This document shows positions 11,221 to 23,659 of a stretch of 64,000 nt of DNA, one piece after another (position 1 is the stretch's first letter; the number at the start of each line of letters is the position of its first letter). The notes below the pieces were generated by a model. It did no database searches and was not told the DNA's origin. It saw nothing but the letters and a program-made list of their open reading frames with translations. This DNA comes from Takakia lepidozioides (lineage: Eukaryota > Plantae > Bryophyta), in contig CM060732.1 in the NCBI GenBank assembly GCA_030704615.1, forward strand, positions 26,412,001 through 26,476,000. Reading direction: 5' to 3'. Position numbers and translations under genes: made by a program.

Positions 11221-13332
11221 CCGAAATAGTTTATATTTTTAATGTTCATATTTTATTTTTTAGTTTTCATTTAATATTTAAAAGAACAGGGAGATTGCAG
11301 CCTTGGAATTTTTTTTAATGGTATTATTTTTAATATTATTATTTAAAATGAAAGTGAATTAAATGACTTAAAATCTTCATTACATGGTGAAATTCCAACA
11401 TGAAAACATAATGGATCCCTCCTGCATACTATCAACCACAAGGAGAATGAAAATAGTCAACTACAGGGCAATACAAGCCCTATAAATCACATTACAAAAA
11501 TCCAAATGAGACCAATGTCCCAATGGACACCTCAAAAGCCACAAGGTCAAAAAATCCATGCCTCAAAAGGCCCTGCCAAAAACAAGCAAGCCCACACATG
11601 GGTTGAATTGTTGTAGCTAGTATGTTCTACTGCTATTAGAATCAAGAACTCTGTTAAACAGTGCAATACTGACTATCCCTTCTGCAGCTCCATAAGTTTC
11701 AGTAACTTTAGACTCCAAAGTGTTGTCTGGCCAACCACCTGCCCCAACTCGGTCTGTTTCCTAACACCATTCACATATGGTAGAGGGGTGTTACTGACAC
11801 ATGCCTCTTTGATCGTTTGCATCTTGTGGCAGATCATTTGTCACGTCTATCAACAGGAGAGCCCGCCATAGGAGTAGACGACCAATTACCTGATACGAGT
11901 TTATTTGCAGTGGAGGTGCAGGGAAGTGCAGATGACTGGTTAGATTGGCAGTGGCCAATCAGATACTACCTTACTCATGGTGAGTGCCCACCTAGTTATG
12001 GAAATGAGCCGAGGAAGAGAATCGATATCAAGGCTTTACCTTATACTATGGTAGGGGGCAGAATGTATAAGCTAGGACCTGATGGAGTACTTAAACGATG
12101 CTTGTACCACCATGAAGTAAATAAAGTTTTGGAGGAAGTTCATAAAGGAGTGGCTGGAGGTCATTTTGGAGAAGAGACTACCAGTAGAAAGATACTACTT
12201 GCAGGTTACTGCTGACCTACTTTGTTCAAGGATATACACAAGTATTGTAAGAGTTGTGATGAGTGTCAGAGGCTAGGACCATTGCAGAGATTTGGGAAGA
12301 TGGCTTTGCATCCTATGATGCCTACTGAACCATTTCAGAAATGGGGACTAGACTTTGTTGGACCAATTAACCCATCAGCCAAAAATACACAGAACAAGTA
12401 TATAATCACAGCCACTGATTATACTACAAAATGGGTGGAAGCTAAAGCTCTGAGGGACAACACAGCTAAGTCCACAGCAAGGTTCCTGTATGAGAACATA
12501 TTTACACGATTTGGCTGTCCCCTGGAATTTATCAGTGACCAGGGAAGTCACTTCATTAATGAGACCGTTGAACTATTGACTAAAGAGTTCATGATTGTGC
12601 ATAAGAAGAGTACAACGTATTACCCACAGGGTAATGGGCAGGCAGAGGCTACCAACAAAATACTATGTACTATCTTGGCTAAGATAGTCAATGCAAACAG
12701 AACAGATTGGGATACAAAGTTGCTGACAGTTTTGTGGTCATACAAGACTTCATATAAAGTCACCACTAAGTATACACCATTCCAATTAGTTTATGGTATG
12801 GAAGCTTTACTTCCAGTGGAATTCTTGTTACCTACCATGAGAACTGAATGGGAAAGAGAATGGAATTAGAAGATTCAATTAAGGTCAGGAAACATGAATT
12901 ATACCATGTGGAAGAAGTACGTGCTGATGCAGCTGATAACATGACCAGAATTCAGATGAAGAAGAAGGATCAATTTGATGAAGGTAAATTAAAGACTTTT
13001 AAGACGGGAGATTTGGTACTGTGGTTGCAGAAGAAGGGGAAGATTAAAGCTTCTAAGCTTAAATCACCATGGAAAGGACCTTATGTCATACAGAAGATGT
13101 ATGATAATAACACCACCATGTTACAAACCATTAACAAAGAAATGCTGGGAAGAGTTAATGCCAATAAGTTGAAGGGGTACAGTGGTATCCATGACAAACC
13201 ATTGCAGCACGATTTGCATGTTGAAATGCAAAAACAGTCACGGGCTGTGCTAGTGATACCAACGGAGTATGGAGCACTTGTCGCTAAGCCGAGCGTGTAT
13301 GACCAGGGCGGGAAGTACAAGTGTTTGCATAG

Positions 13333-13535
13333 ATATCACAGCCCACCACAATGCCACACAGCCTATCACAGCCCATCACTGTGCCACACAGCCTATTACA
13401 GCCCAACACAGCGTGACACAACCTATCACAGCCCATCACAACGTGACACAACTTATCACAGCCCATCACAGTGTCACACAGCCTATCACAGTTCACCATA
13501 GTTAGACACAACATGTCACAGCCCAACACAGCCCA
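13333..13535 (+). repeat. CACAG-core minisatellite (10-bp unit, 30-bp higher order)
   Basis: CACAGCCTATCACAGCCCATCACA-type units, translating as (HTAYHSPSQC)n. Confidence 0.9.
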
Positions 13536-16500
13536 TGCGGGTTACACAGTCAATTGGGTCAGTGACAAGTGGACGCGGGTTAATGTCAGAAAAGTGGCCG
13601 TCAAGTGAAGAAGAAGTTTGGAAGTCAAACTCGGAGAATATGCCACGCGGAGAGGGGAAGTCGGGGGCACGTCTAAAAATGGACACGTGGCCACTAAGGC
13701 GAAGCACACCGCACTGCATAAATTGCAAGAGTGGGTCTCATCATGCAAGAGGACAAATCGGGCCGTCAAAGTACCTACCCGGTACATCAACAGCTATTTG
13801 TGGGCTCATTAATGCATTCAGAGCAAGGGTAACGAAACCCTTTCCGAGTACAGAAAAGAGGGACCTATGCCACATGTGCTATCCTACTGGACATTCCACG
13901 TGGGAATGTCCATGGACGGGGGTGGAATTAAGAAGTTACCTAAGCAGGCAACAGCCAATCAGGAGTGAGAATTACATGCAGGTGGTTCCCTCCAAGAAAC
14001 AATCATACAACCGTGCCTTCATTAGCACACAGTCAATCTGTCTCTACATCATAAGGAATGACAAGCTCATTGCCACTACTCCACAAGAAATAGGAAGTGT
14101 TATGAGCGGAAGAGTCGGGGTGGCTCCGAATAGCCAGTGTCTTGACGGGAGGGGCAATCAAAACACTAGCTTTGTAGCTATGGCGGATGTAACGGATTAC
14201 ACACTCGCTTTACTTCTCACGCAGTGGTGCAAGGACGGACGAATTGAGAGTACATTTTCTCTCACTCGATACTTGCAAGCCCCACAGGCTTATACGCACT
14301 TACCTGTTCCATTCTGTGCCAACCATACCTATATGCTCTGTGCCCTGCAAGCTTTCCTTCAGCTGTTTCAAACAAGGCCTTTTTGTTTGTCTAGAATGAA
14401 GAGAGTGAGGGGAATGGAGGATATCAGGGTGAAGAGCACCACGATTCTGCAGAAGCAAACAATTGCTACACCGCAGGCAGTGCAGCTGCTGAGAGAGTTG
14501 CGATTGGAGGGGCTGCTACGCAAGGACTGGTCCTTGCATCATCGGCAGTATATGATTCAATTTCTTCAGAACTTTGAGCCTTAGACGGGAGTTACCCAGG
14601 TGAGGGGAGTAGATATAGAAATTACTCCCCAGTACTTGCAGCAATTGTTTGATTTGCCATCAGGACATGTGGATGTGGATGAGCACAGGGCAAGATTGCA
14701 GATAGGGAATTTGTTCCAAGAAGGGAGTTTCTTTAAGACTCAAGGTTACGCTTGTACCAAAGCCGAGTACCCAGGGCTCAGAGAAGTTGGCCAAATATTG
14801 AACCATCTGTTTGCCATGAACAGAACCAATAATATTTGAGCAGGTCATTCACAGAGGAGATCATGAAAGCTTTGAGGGGAGAGGATGTAGCTTGGGCGGA
14901 ATTAATGTACAATGGTCTGGTGGACAAGATGAAGAGGTTACATGGCACTACTACTAAGTCTCCGATCATTGTGTCTGGTCCAGTCATTGCCCAAATCATT
15001 CTTGACTCTTGCATACTTGATACTCGGGAACGTAAGGAGATGGGAGTGTTTGAGGCAGTAACCACTGCAATTGAAGAGCAGGGCTCTTTCACATAGTGAG
15101 GGTGGACTGGAAGGGCAACACCAATCTAAGAGACAGAAGCGGGGTATGACTGTAGTGGCGGATCCACTGGCTTCACGGAGACCGCAAGATGATGTTTCCC
15201 AAGCTCTTGTGCAGGAAGGGGCACAGCAGCACAGAGGGCTGTTATTATTGGAAGCACGGCCTTCGGAGAGGGAAGAAGAAGTCACTTCGGTACCACAACC
15301 ATCACAGCCAGTTGACTCAGTTGTCTCAGAGGTTCCACAGTTAGAACATATTGTGACACCATCCCCAATTGCTCTGGATGGAGAAAGGTTGGACATTCCC
15401 ACTACAGAGCAAGTCGTGGCCGAAATTGAGAAGGGTGACATTCTCTATGAAAACTCTGTCTTGGTAAGGGAATTAATGGTTCTAGAGGTGCAGAGTTTGT
15501 CAAGGGAAAACCCTGCTGTGCATGTAATACCCACACCTGTGACGGAGGTACCAGGGGTAGAATATAAGAACACTGCAGCACCTATGGAGGATGAGGTGGT
15601 TCAGGAGGAGGATCTGGTGGGGCAATGGCCTGAATAATTGGTGATGCATCACACTATAGAGGATCAGGGAGAACAGCAGCAAGTTCACCATGATGACCCC
15701 CAGCAGGCCATGCTTATGAGTTCCATAAGCAGGACACTTAATTTATTGGGCACTTATGTGAAATCCCATGTCTCATCTACCCAATTGGCAGCTTTGAGGG
15801 AGGAACTCATGAAGGAGTTTGAGGCTCAAATTGCCACTGAGTGTGCTAACAAGGTAGATGAGGAGGTCAATCTCAAGTTACAGCAAGAGTTGGAGGACAC
15901 AAAGGCTGCCTTGCAGTTGGCCAAGGGACATTTGATTGAAGCAGGTCTCGAGCAGGACCAGTTGCATGAAGCACATAAGTAACAGTTATACCAATTGCAG
16001 GTGAAGCATGAGGGCAAGTTGCAAGAGGTGAACGTACTACATACAGAGTTGGAGGCAGTACATCAGAAGATGACCATACAATGTGCTACACTCACAACTA
16101 CTCTAGAACAAACTGCATTAGAAGTTAACAGACAAGGGGAGAAATGTATGAGGGCAGAAACTCAGATAATAGAGCAAGCGAAACTCATTGTTGATATGAA
16201 GGATACAATCTGTCGCAATGAGAATACTTTCAAACAATACAGACAGGTTGAGGCTGACCAGGAGAGGTACATCCTGGAGTTGTAACAAACAGTCATGGTC
16301 AATAGAAATGAACTCTCTGTGGCTAACAAGGCTTGGAAGGAAGCCAATAATCTGGCTGCTGCCTATGCGGGCCTGGTTGAACCTCATGCAAAGCGCATGG
16401 AGGCTTTACAGCAGCAGTTAGATGTGTACAGACTTACAGAGGAGCAGACTCTCAGGGGTGCCACACAGGACTTGGTGGATAACCACCTTATGCAGGTCTG

Positions 16501-17981
16501 GTTAGCACAAAGGCCGGTAGAAGGCAAAGCACCACGGAAGCTCACCCACGGCGAGATGAATGAGCTCAGATTGCAGGTGCAGAACATTGCCACAACTACT
16601 ATAGACAATGTCTATAGTAGGATAGCGGAGCTTCAGGAGGATGTAGACGGCCTGCAGACTCAGGTGGAGGACCTGACTTCAAATATTGACAAGAGAGTCT
16701 TTGTACCTGAGGAGCAGCTGATGGCTACTTATTTACAAGCCAGAACTCTAATTTTTCAGTCTTCTTCGCAAGGGGTGCAGGAGATGCCAGTGGTGGAAGG
16801 GCCAGTGTTACCAATACCACAACAAGTGACTGTGCCGGTAGCTGACCCTATTGTTACTACAGCCAAACCACAGCCTGAGGTATGGGGAGATGCTGCTTTA
16901 ACCCACCTAAGACTCCTACTGCACGGGAGTACAGTTGGGCTATGATTATGCCCTTCAACCAAATTCCCATTCTGCTGGATTTGGCTTGGAAGGAATTTAG
17001 TCCTCCGCAGTCGTTGGCGCATTACTACCAAATCATGCGCATTTGGTTGCCGGTGGCAACTCGGACTAAGGTTCTTCTGAACAATCGACCCATTGAGGAT
17101 CATCACTTTGCAAGGTACTGGTCTGAGGCACGTACCATGCTGAAGGAATTAATTGCCTTCCAGGTTGTACATGGGTACATCTATACCAAGACCAAGGAGG
17201 TATCTAGTATTGTCATGGGCTGTGGATTATACTATGCTGCTTGTTTTCTGGCACGTTATCACATTGAGCAGCAGAAGATGCAATCACGATTTTTGAGTTA
17301 TTCCAGTGGGGATCATTGGGTCTTACCTTCAGTGCCACCTCATATGTACCTATATGATGCAAAAGTTATGATGCAAAAGGATTCCCAACTTTGTTCATGG
17401 TTTAATCGGCTTGGAACAATTTGACAACACAAAAATTCGGCCCTGAGGATATTTTCTTTAAGGGACATGAAGCCTGGAAATACTTACACTGTTCCAAAGT
17501 CATTGGCACACCTCTCACCTATACGGATAAGGAGTTCAAGTCGTTCACTAATTTTGCTTGCAAGCGCTTACAGCAAGTTGTACAGTTTAAACTTCCAGAC
17601 ATGGTGGGACCACATTGTATGCCACACAGGATTCCACTTAAAGTTCGGCCTTTAAAACACCTACGGGGGGACGAGGATTCTGATACTACTGTTTCTTCAT
17701 ATGATTCTTTTGACATGGCAGAGGACTATGCACTTCAGATGGTAGAGAAGAAACTATGGGGATCTCCTATGCCTAAGAGATTACCTCGTTATCAGCCAAA
17801 GGAGGGTCAGACATTTCCAGGTAGTGCTCAATAATCTCCATGAGCCAGTGACAGGACTCGGGCTCGCACACGGAGTCCTTCACGAGACTCTCACCGTCAG
17901 AAGGGTGCTCGCTCACAAAGGTTTGCTAATCCCAAACAATAAACCGTGAGGACACGACTTTTTGAGGGGGGGGAGGGGTAA

Positions 17982-18832
17982 TGTTAGAGGGTGCTTGGGA
18001 CTTAGACGCTTTTATGGGTTCTAAGGGGTACCCTTAATTTTTGCGCAGACTAAGACCAACAGGAGTATTAGGAGTGGCAGGAGTAGGCTTTAAGGGGGTT
18101 ACACAGCCCGACACAGCTTTGCACAGCTAGTCACAGCCTGACACAACTTCACACAGCTCGACACAGCTTTGCACAGCCAGTCACAGCCCGACACAGCTTG
18201 ACACAGTTTATGAGGAACAATTATCATTGACAGGGAAGGACTGTGAGAGAACGACATCTGTAGAAGGAACGTGTTACTTCAGGGGTGACGGTTAGTTAGT
18301 TAGGTGGTTAGAACAGCTTGCGGGTAGATTAGGAGAGCGGCAACGGGAAGGGGATCACTTCTGGAGGAGGGCGACTTGTGGAAGGGAGGAAGAAACGTAA
18401 CGGAGAGCGGGAAATAGTGAAGAAGAGATGATGACTTGAATGAGGCTTAGTTCATGCAAGCTGTAGAATTATACAGTAGGATAGAATAGAGACACCATGG
18501 CATAGGCATGATACATGATTAATCTTAATCCGATACTGAATCGATACAAACATACTGTGTAGAGAGACACGAGAGAAGTTGTGGAATGAATGCATGATTA
18601 ACTGGAACTTAGTAGATACTGAAGCAATCTGATGCTTCAGTATACACGGTAAGGTAAATTGATAACATGAAGGCAGGAAGGAATACAAATAGGAAGCACA
18701 ACCATGATTCACTAGCTGCAGGTCATGAGTGATTGTTCTGAGTGGGCTGAGTGCTTAGAGATATCCAACTCTTCTATCTTGGAGTTTCCACCTCGGATAG
18801 CGAAGGGATGGGTGAGTAAAAGCCGCTCGACA
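17982..18832 (+). repeat. Complete 3' LTR (851 bp)
   Basis: TG...CA ends, preceded by a polypurine tract. CACAG array 18100-18207. Paralog at 7969-8652. Confidence 0.9.
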
Positions 18833-21814
18833 GTGGGGACTAAACTTGACGGTGCAGCATTGGACCTGGTCATGGATCATTTCTCCACTTTGAGTTCACC
18901 TAACATTCGGCATCAGATCAATGCATTAAGAATGGGCTCTGGTATCAGAGGCTACATAGACAACATTTTGGAGTTGAAACGAGTGAGCAAGTACGATTAT
19001 ATCCAGGACAATATATTCCCAGGTCAATGTGCCATCAAAGTTTTTCTTTTCAAAATGTCGACTGTTGGGGAGGGCAGTGGGGTTAGCCTCGTGAAGCGGA
19101 TGCAGAAGACTGGGGACTTACAGAACTCTTTTCTTATGTTTGATCATGTGAAACGAGTGAAGGATTGGACGACAATGGCTTGTCATGTCTACGATCCAGT
19201 GTACCAACGAGTTATGACAATTGCAGTTTGTGACATGCAATCCGAGGATACGGAATCCCAGAAGCTCATGTGGAATTCCCTGATACATGTCATGGGCTGC
19301 CATGAAGTGCCATCTCCAAATTTCGCAGGTTTCATGGCGGATAGTGCTCAAGCAAATTTCAATGCTGTTCGTATTGTCTTCGGATCGGGCGACCCAAAAG
19401 TGCCAATGCGAGGAAGAGAGCGTAAATGTCTATTCCTTTGGACACAATCTCTGGAAAAACATACAAAGTCGGACATCAAACCAGAGTTCAGACTTAGCAC
19501 CGTAAATTGTGCAAAGAGTACAAAGATGCTAGAACAATGAATGAGGCGGACTCTTTGTTCCAGACAATTCGTGCCTGGTGATTCTCTTCTGGAGCTGCAT
19601 CACTTGAGAGTATGAGAGCATTGGAAGATTGGCTGGCATTTTGGCACTTCCGGTATAGACAGTGGGGAGCAACCATGGCAGTGGTACGAGGCTTATATTT
19701 CTTGCTTTATTCATACATTTACTTTCCATTTTATTGTCTCCTCGCTTTCTTTATGTTGTTTCCTGTTCACTGTTTTGAAGTGTGGTTCTCCACTTTGCAG
19801 AACATGTCCATTGAGGAAATGACGGACATGCCATCTTGCAATTTGGCAGAAATTGTGCACAACGCATGGTTGCAACAGTCTGGGAAACGAGGTCGGGATT
19901 TGTATGTGGCAACAACAGATGATTTGATACGTGCCTTGCAACAACAAACCCGATACCGTGATTTCTTGCGAGGTGGGGTTGGTGGCAAGGGTCCGGACAA
20001 ATGGGAGTTGATGTTGCGTGCTGCAAATAGATCTGGGGATCCAATCAAGATAGCACGGGCGGTGAGCATGTATGCCCAGGGAACGCCACTTGTTTCTAGA
20101 GTTCCACATCTTGAAGGGGATGAGAGATTCGGCTCCTGTAAGAGGAAATTGAACACTCCACCTGGTTCGGATTCCGATTCGTACAGGGCAGACCGTGATA
20201 ATTTCTCGAAGCCTCGTGTTCCCCTGCATGACAGCTCCATGTCCGGAATCTCCATTCTGGAGGAACCTCCAACACGATGGCAAGCTCCAGCATCAAACAG
20301 TGCCACTGAAATGGTGCAGGAGAGAAACAACCCCCTTGATGTGCTTGGTCCGCATGCCCCGACCACGTTTGGCACATAGAACGCACAAGTGCAGGGTCTC
20401 GTGTGAAATGTACATCGATCAGGGCAACTAATTTCGAGAAGTGCACTTCATCTATATCCAGAGGTGGTGCCCGAACTCCTGCTCCAACTTTCACGGGTTT
20501 GATGCGTCCATACGGTCAACCAGAAGCCAAGAACCACAAGTTCTATTTCTACGCAGATGATTGTGCCAGATGTGTGCATGGAACTATGCGTCCTTTCGTA
20601 GTGATGAAGCCATCTCCTCCAACCGTTTGGCCCGTGAAGGTGTGAACACATCTCAGATTTCAGGAGATTGAAATGCTGGAGGAGGCAAGCTTTTCCCTTG
20701 CGAGACAACCCCAACTCCATGCATGTGCTACTACTTTTGCATCCTCCCGGGTCCCCCCGGCAAATCCTGACTTGTGGCCAACCAAACGAGATGGAAAGCT
20801 CGTTCGGCGTTTCCCTCCAACCGCTGAACACTTTGGCAAAGTGGAGTCCGCAAGAATGCTCCAAGCTCGTGTTGGAAGCACCACGGAAGTGCCCGATCCA
20901 GGATATGGTCGGGTATTCACAATCATCACTTCCACATCTGCTGTTCATGACAGGACCTACGACATCACGGTTTCCAATTTCCCCAATTGCACATGTCTTG
21001 ATTTTGTGAATATGCTATCAACCAGTTTGGGCAAGAGAGGTAAATTCATACCCTGCAAACATTTGTATTTCATATTTTTGAAGAGGATGGTTTGCGATCC
21101 CAAACGTGACAACTTCATTCACCAGGCCACTATGAGTTTCAACGAGGTCGATACTCTATTGCAGCGGGATACAACACATGGGTAGCATCAACTATGTAAT
21201 GTGGTATGTAGACGACCATGATTTGAAATGTGTAATTCACATCAATTCGTCGGCAGTGCAATGATATGGCCTCCAACTATACTGAGTGAGCTCTGAGTGG
21301 CAACTTTTAAAAGCACATTTGTCATTGCACCGTTCGAAGTCTACATGTCTTGCTGTCGCTATGCACTACAATCATCTTTTGAAGATGATCCTAACTCTCA
21401 TTGTTATTTGAGGAGGGAGGAAGGTCTTCCCATGGCAGCCTCTATGGCGCACACTTTGTGAGGATATTTTCTCGTCCTCGTAATTGTAAAAGTGAAACAA
21501 GCATTTGTAATTGCACAATGTTGGATGCTACAATTGTAGGCCTCATGGTAGTCTTGATTCTATTTAGGCAAGATTCCATGCATTAATTCCACGGTCATAG
21601 GACCATCCTCGGTTATAGGCGGCGCATGTTAAGATGACGGACAGTGCCACGTCATCATTTGCCGCCACATCAGCATGCTGACATGACGCTCACACCACGT
21701 CAGCTTGTGTGCAGGCTCACGCCACGTCACTCCTGCGTGAGCGTACGCTCGCACGCAACGCTCACGCCATTGCGTCGTTGGTTGTGGCACGATGCTTAGG
21801 TGCACGACATACTC
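18833..21814 (+). mobile_element. MULE-like DDE transposase with SWIM zinc finger; 5' part lost, disrupted
   Basis: FLMFDHVKRV, FMADSAQA, CLFLW and SCNLAEIVH fit a DDE layout. In-frame intron 19684-19800. SWIM CTC..CKH at about 20990-21062, stop at 21185. Possible right terminus ...GCACGACATACTC at 21814. Confidence 0.8.
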
Positions 21815-23129
21815 TTCTATCCCCATGTAGTCACATTTGTTTGGGTACCAACTGTCAATGAACATTGATATTCAAATATGCTCACAATTCCTCCATGCTA
21901 TAAGCTGTTGTGATCAAGCACTAGTGGATTGGCCACTGGTAGGGCCATTTATTCATATCCAGATTGTAAAACATTGGCACCTAGAAGTTGGGAAGTGACC
22001 CAATCTGGCACTTCACCATTCTACACTTCTAATATCTTCCAGTGTGCAACTATTAGCACTGATTTCATCGTTGGCAACCTGCAGTAATATCCCTATATCA
22101 AAAAAATCCCATACCCACATCCTTGGGCCTTTGTCTAGCTTCAACTACAACAACATATTGCCACATTTGGCATACATCTACGCCAGGGCAATATCCAGAC
22201 TGATATTGGTACAATTCACGCTTTGATCCTGTCAATTCTTTGCCCCTTTGTAGAGTTGTAGACGGGGTGGCATGCATAGCAATATCCTGCAAACCTGGCC
22301 CTGTGCATCTTCACCCCTTCTACCACTTTGAATCGCTCACATCTGCTGTGGTCAGATTGTTGAGAGACCTGTAAGACCATCCCAGTGGAACATCAATTGG
22401 CTTGCTCCCCACCCCCTCTCTAGCTTGCAATTGAATCATAATCTTATGTAGTTTTTTTTTCTTATCTCTAGGAAAATGACACGCTATCACATTGCTGCAC
22501 TGCAATTCTGCCAAAATCTTACAATGTCAGGCTATGGCTGTCATCATAGCCTCCACACCAATGTATGGATGTGTCCTTCATGAGCAACACTACCCCAAGT
22601 CTGCCTTCACCCTACCCTAACCACAAAACGTTTCCAGTCAACTGTGACCAACATGGGAGGTTTTTGGTGGTTCAAAGCTATTTCACGAGTAAAATACTTA
22701 CACCACTTGGTTGTGGTGGAAGACCTGCAATTATACCATATCGTACACATCACTTACTTGTGGTGGCAATCTTGCAATCCAATATCCACAAGCAGACAGA
22801 TTTATTTCGTCTTGACCAAGCTGTCATGGCAAGCCTATGGCATATCAGGAAAAGCAAAGCATTAGAGAGGTGAGTTCAAACAGTCATGCAATCAGTTTTC
22901 AGCCCACTGAGCTAGAAAGGAAGTGCCCAGTATACGACTTCTGTGTCACACATTAGTGGAAAAATAAACCAACACCAACTTTCACATCCCTCGTCCCATT
23001 AGAGCTTTGCCAACTTCACTGCCTCCCTGGAATCCCCCCCCCCGTGAAAAAGCAAGTATAAAGCAAATTCCCAGAGACATGTTTACCAGTGATACATGTC
23101 TCGCTGGTAGTCGTTGAGAAACAAGGCTC

Positions 23130-23194
23130 TTAAGCTTTGCCCACAAACTCAACATCAAATCTGAGTGTTGAATTGGGGGGTATGACACACAACC
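23130..23194 (-). pseudogene. Orphan last exon of an FKBP13-like peptidyl-prolyl isomerase
   Basis: TTGCAG acceptor, then (G)LCVIPPNSTLRFDVEFVGKA*, the FKBP C-terminal 'IPPNSTL.FDVE' signature with the GKA* end of plastid FKBP13. No upstream exons found. Confidence 0.7.
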
Positions 23195-23659
23195 CTGCAA
23201 TCCAGCAACTTCTCACGGTTTAGAAAAGACCTTTCAAAAATGAAGAGAAGGAAGAGATTGAAAGGGAACTATGTGGTTCAGGGCTGGATTAAATGGGGCA
23301 GCTTGGCATCAGATGGGCCTTGGGTTGCTGCCTACAGTGAAACAAAAAATATGGCATGCTACTGGAGGCATATCAATCGCATATCAATCCTCCTTGTCCA
23401 CAACTGACAGACCTCTAGAGCTGGCACCATCAACAATCCATATTTGTCATCTAGGCCATCATCATTGCCAAAGTAAATTTGCCCCTACCTCTCTTGACAT
23501 AAGATGCCTCTATTCTCACTGTGGAATTAGAACGGGAGAACCATGCACTGGTATGAACAGACTCTTACATGGCAAAAACCCTCGACAAACGGGGAGAGAG
23601 GAGAAGAGAATGGAGGTACTGCCGCCCTCGACAGTTGGTGGTTTTTTGGGGAAATGACA

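Larger units (their letters stand above)
8653..18832 (+). mobile_element. Decayed non-chromo Ty3/Gypsy LTR retrotransposon with an extra 3' ORF; RT/RNase H missing
   Basis: gag 8653-10377 with three CCHC knuckles. Protease LIDGGSGVNIM at about 10453. Integrase 11817-13200 ([35 protein letters not shown]). Extra ORF 13535-17834. PPT about 17964-17981. 3' LTR 17982-18832 (TGTTAG...CGACA). Confidence 0.92.

Noticed and set aside
13333-13535. CRISPR-like array
   Set aside because: Contiguous minisatellite without unique spacers, in a eukaryotic retroelement.
18725-19540. 271-aa ORF as a novel protein
   Set aside because: Chance in-frame join of the LTR end (to 18832) with the interrupted transposase. 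The same N-terminus appears at 8545.
21850-23100. Possible decayed gene
   Set aside because: No recognisable motif and many stops.
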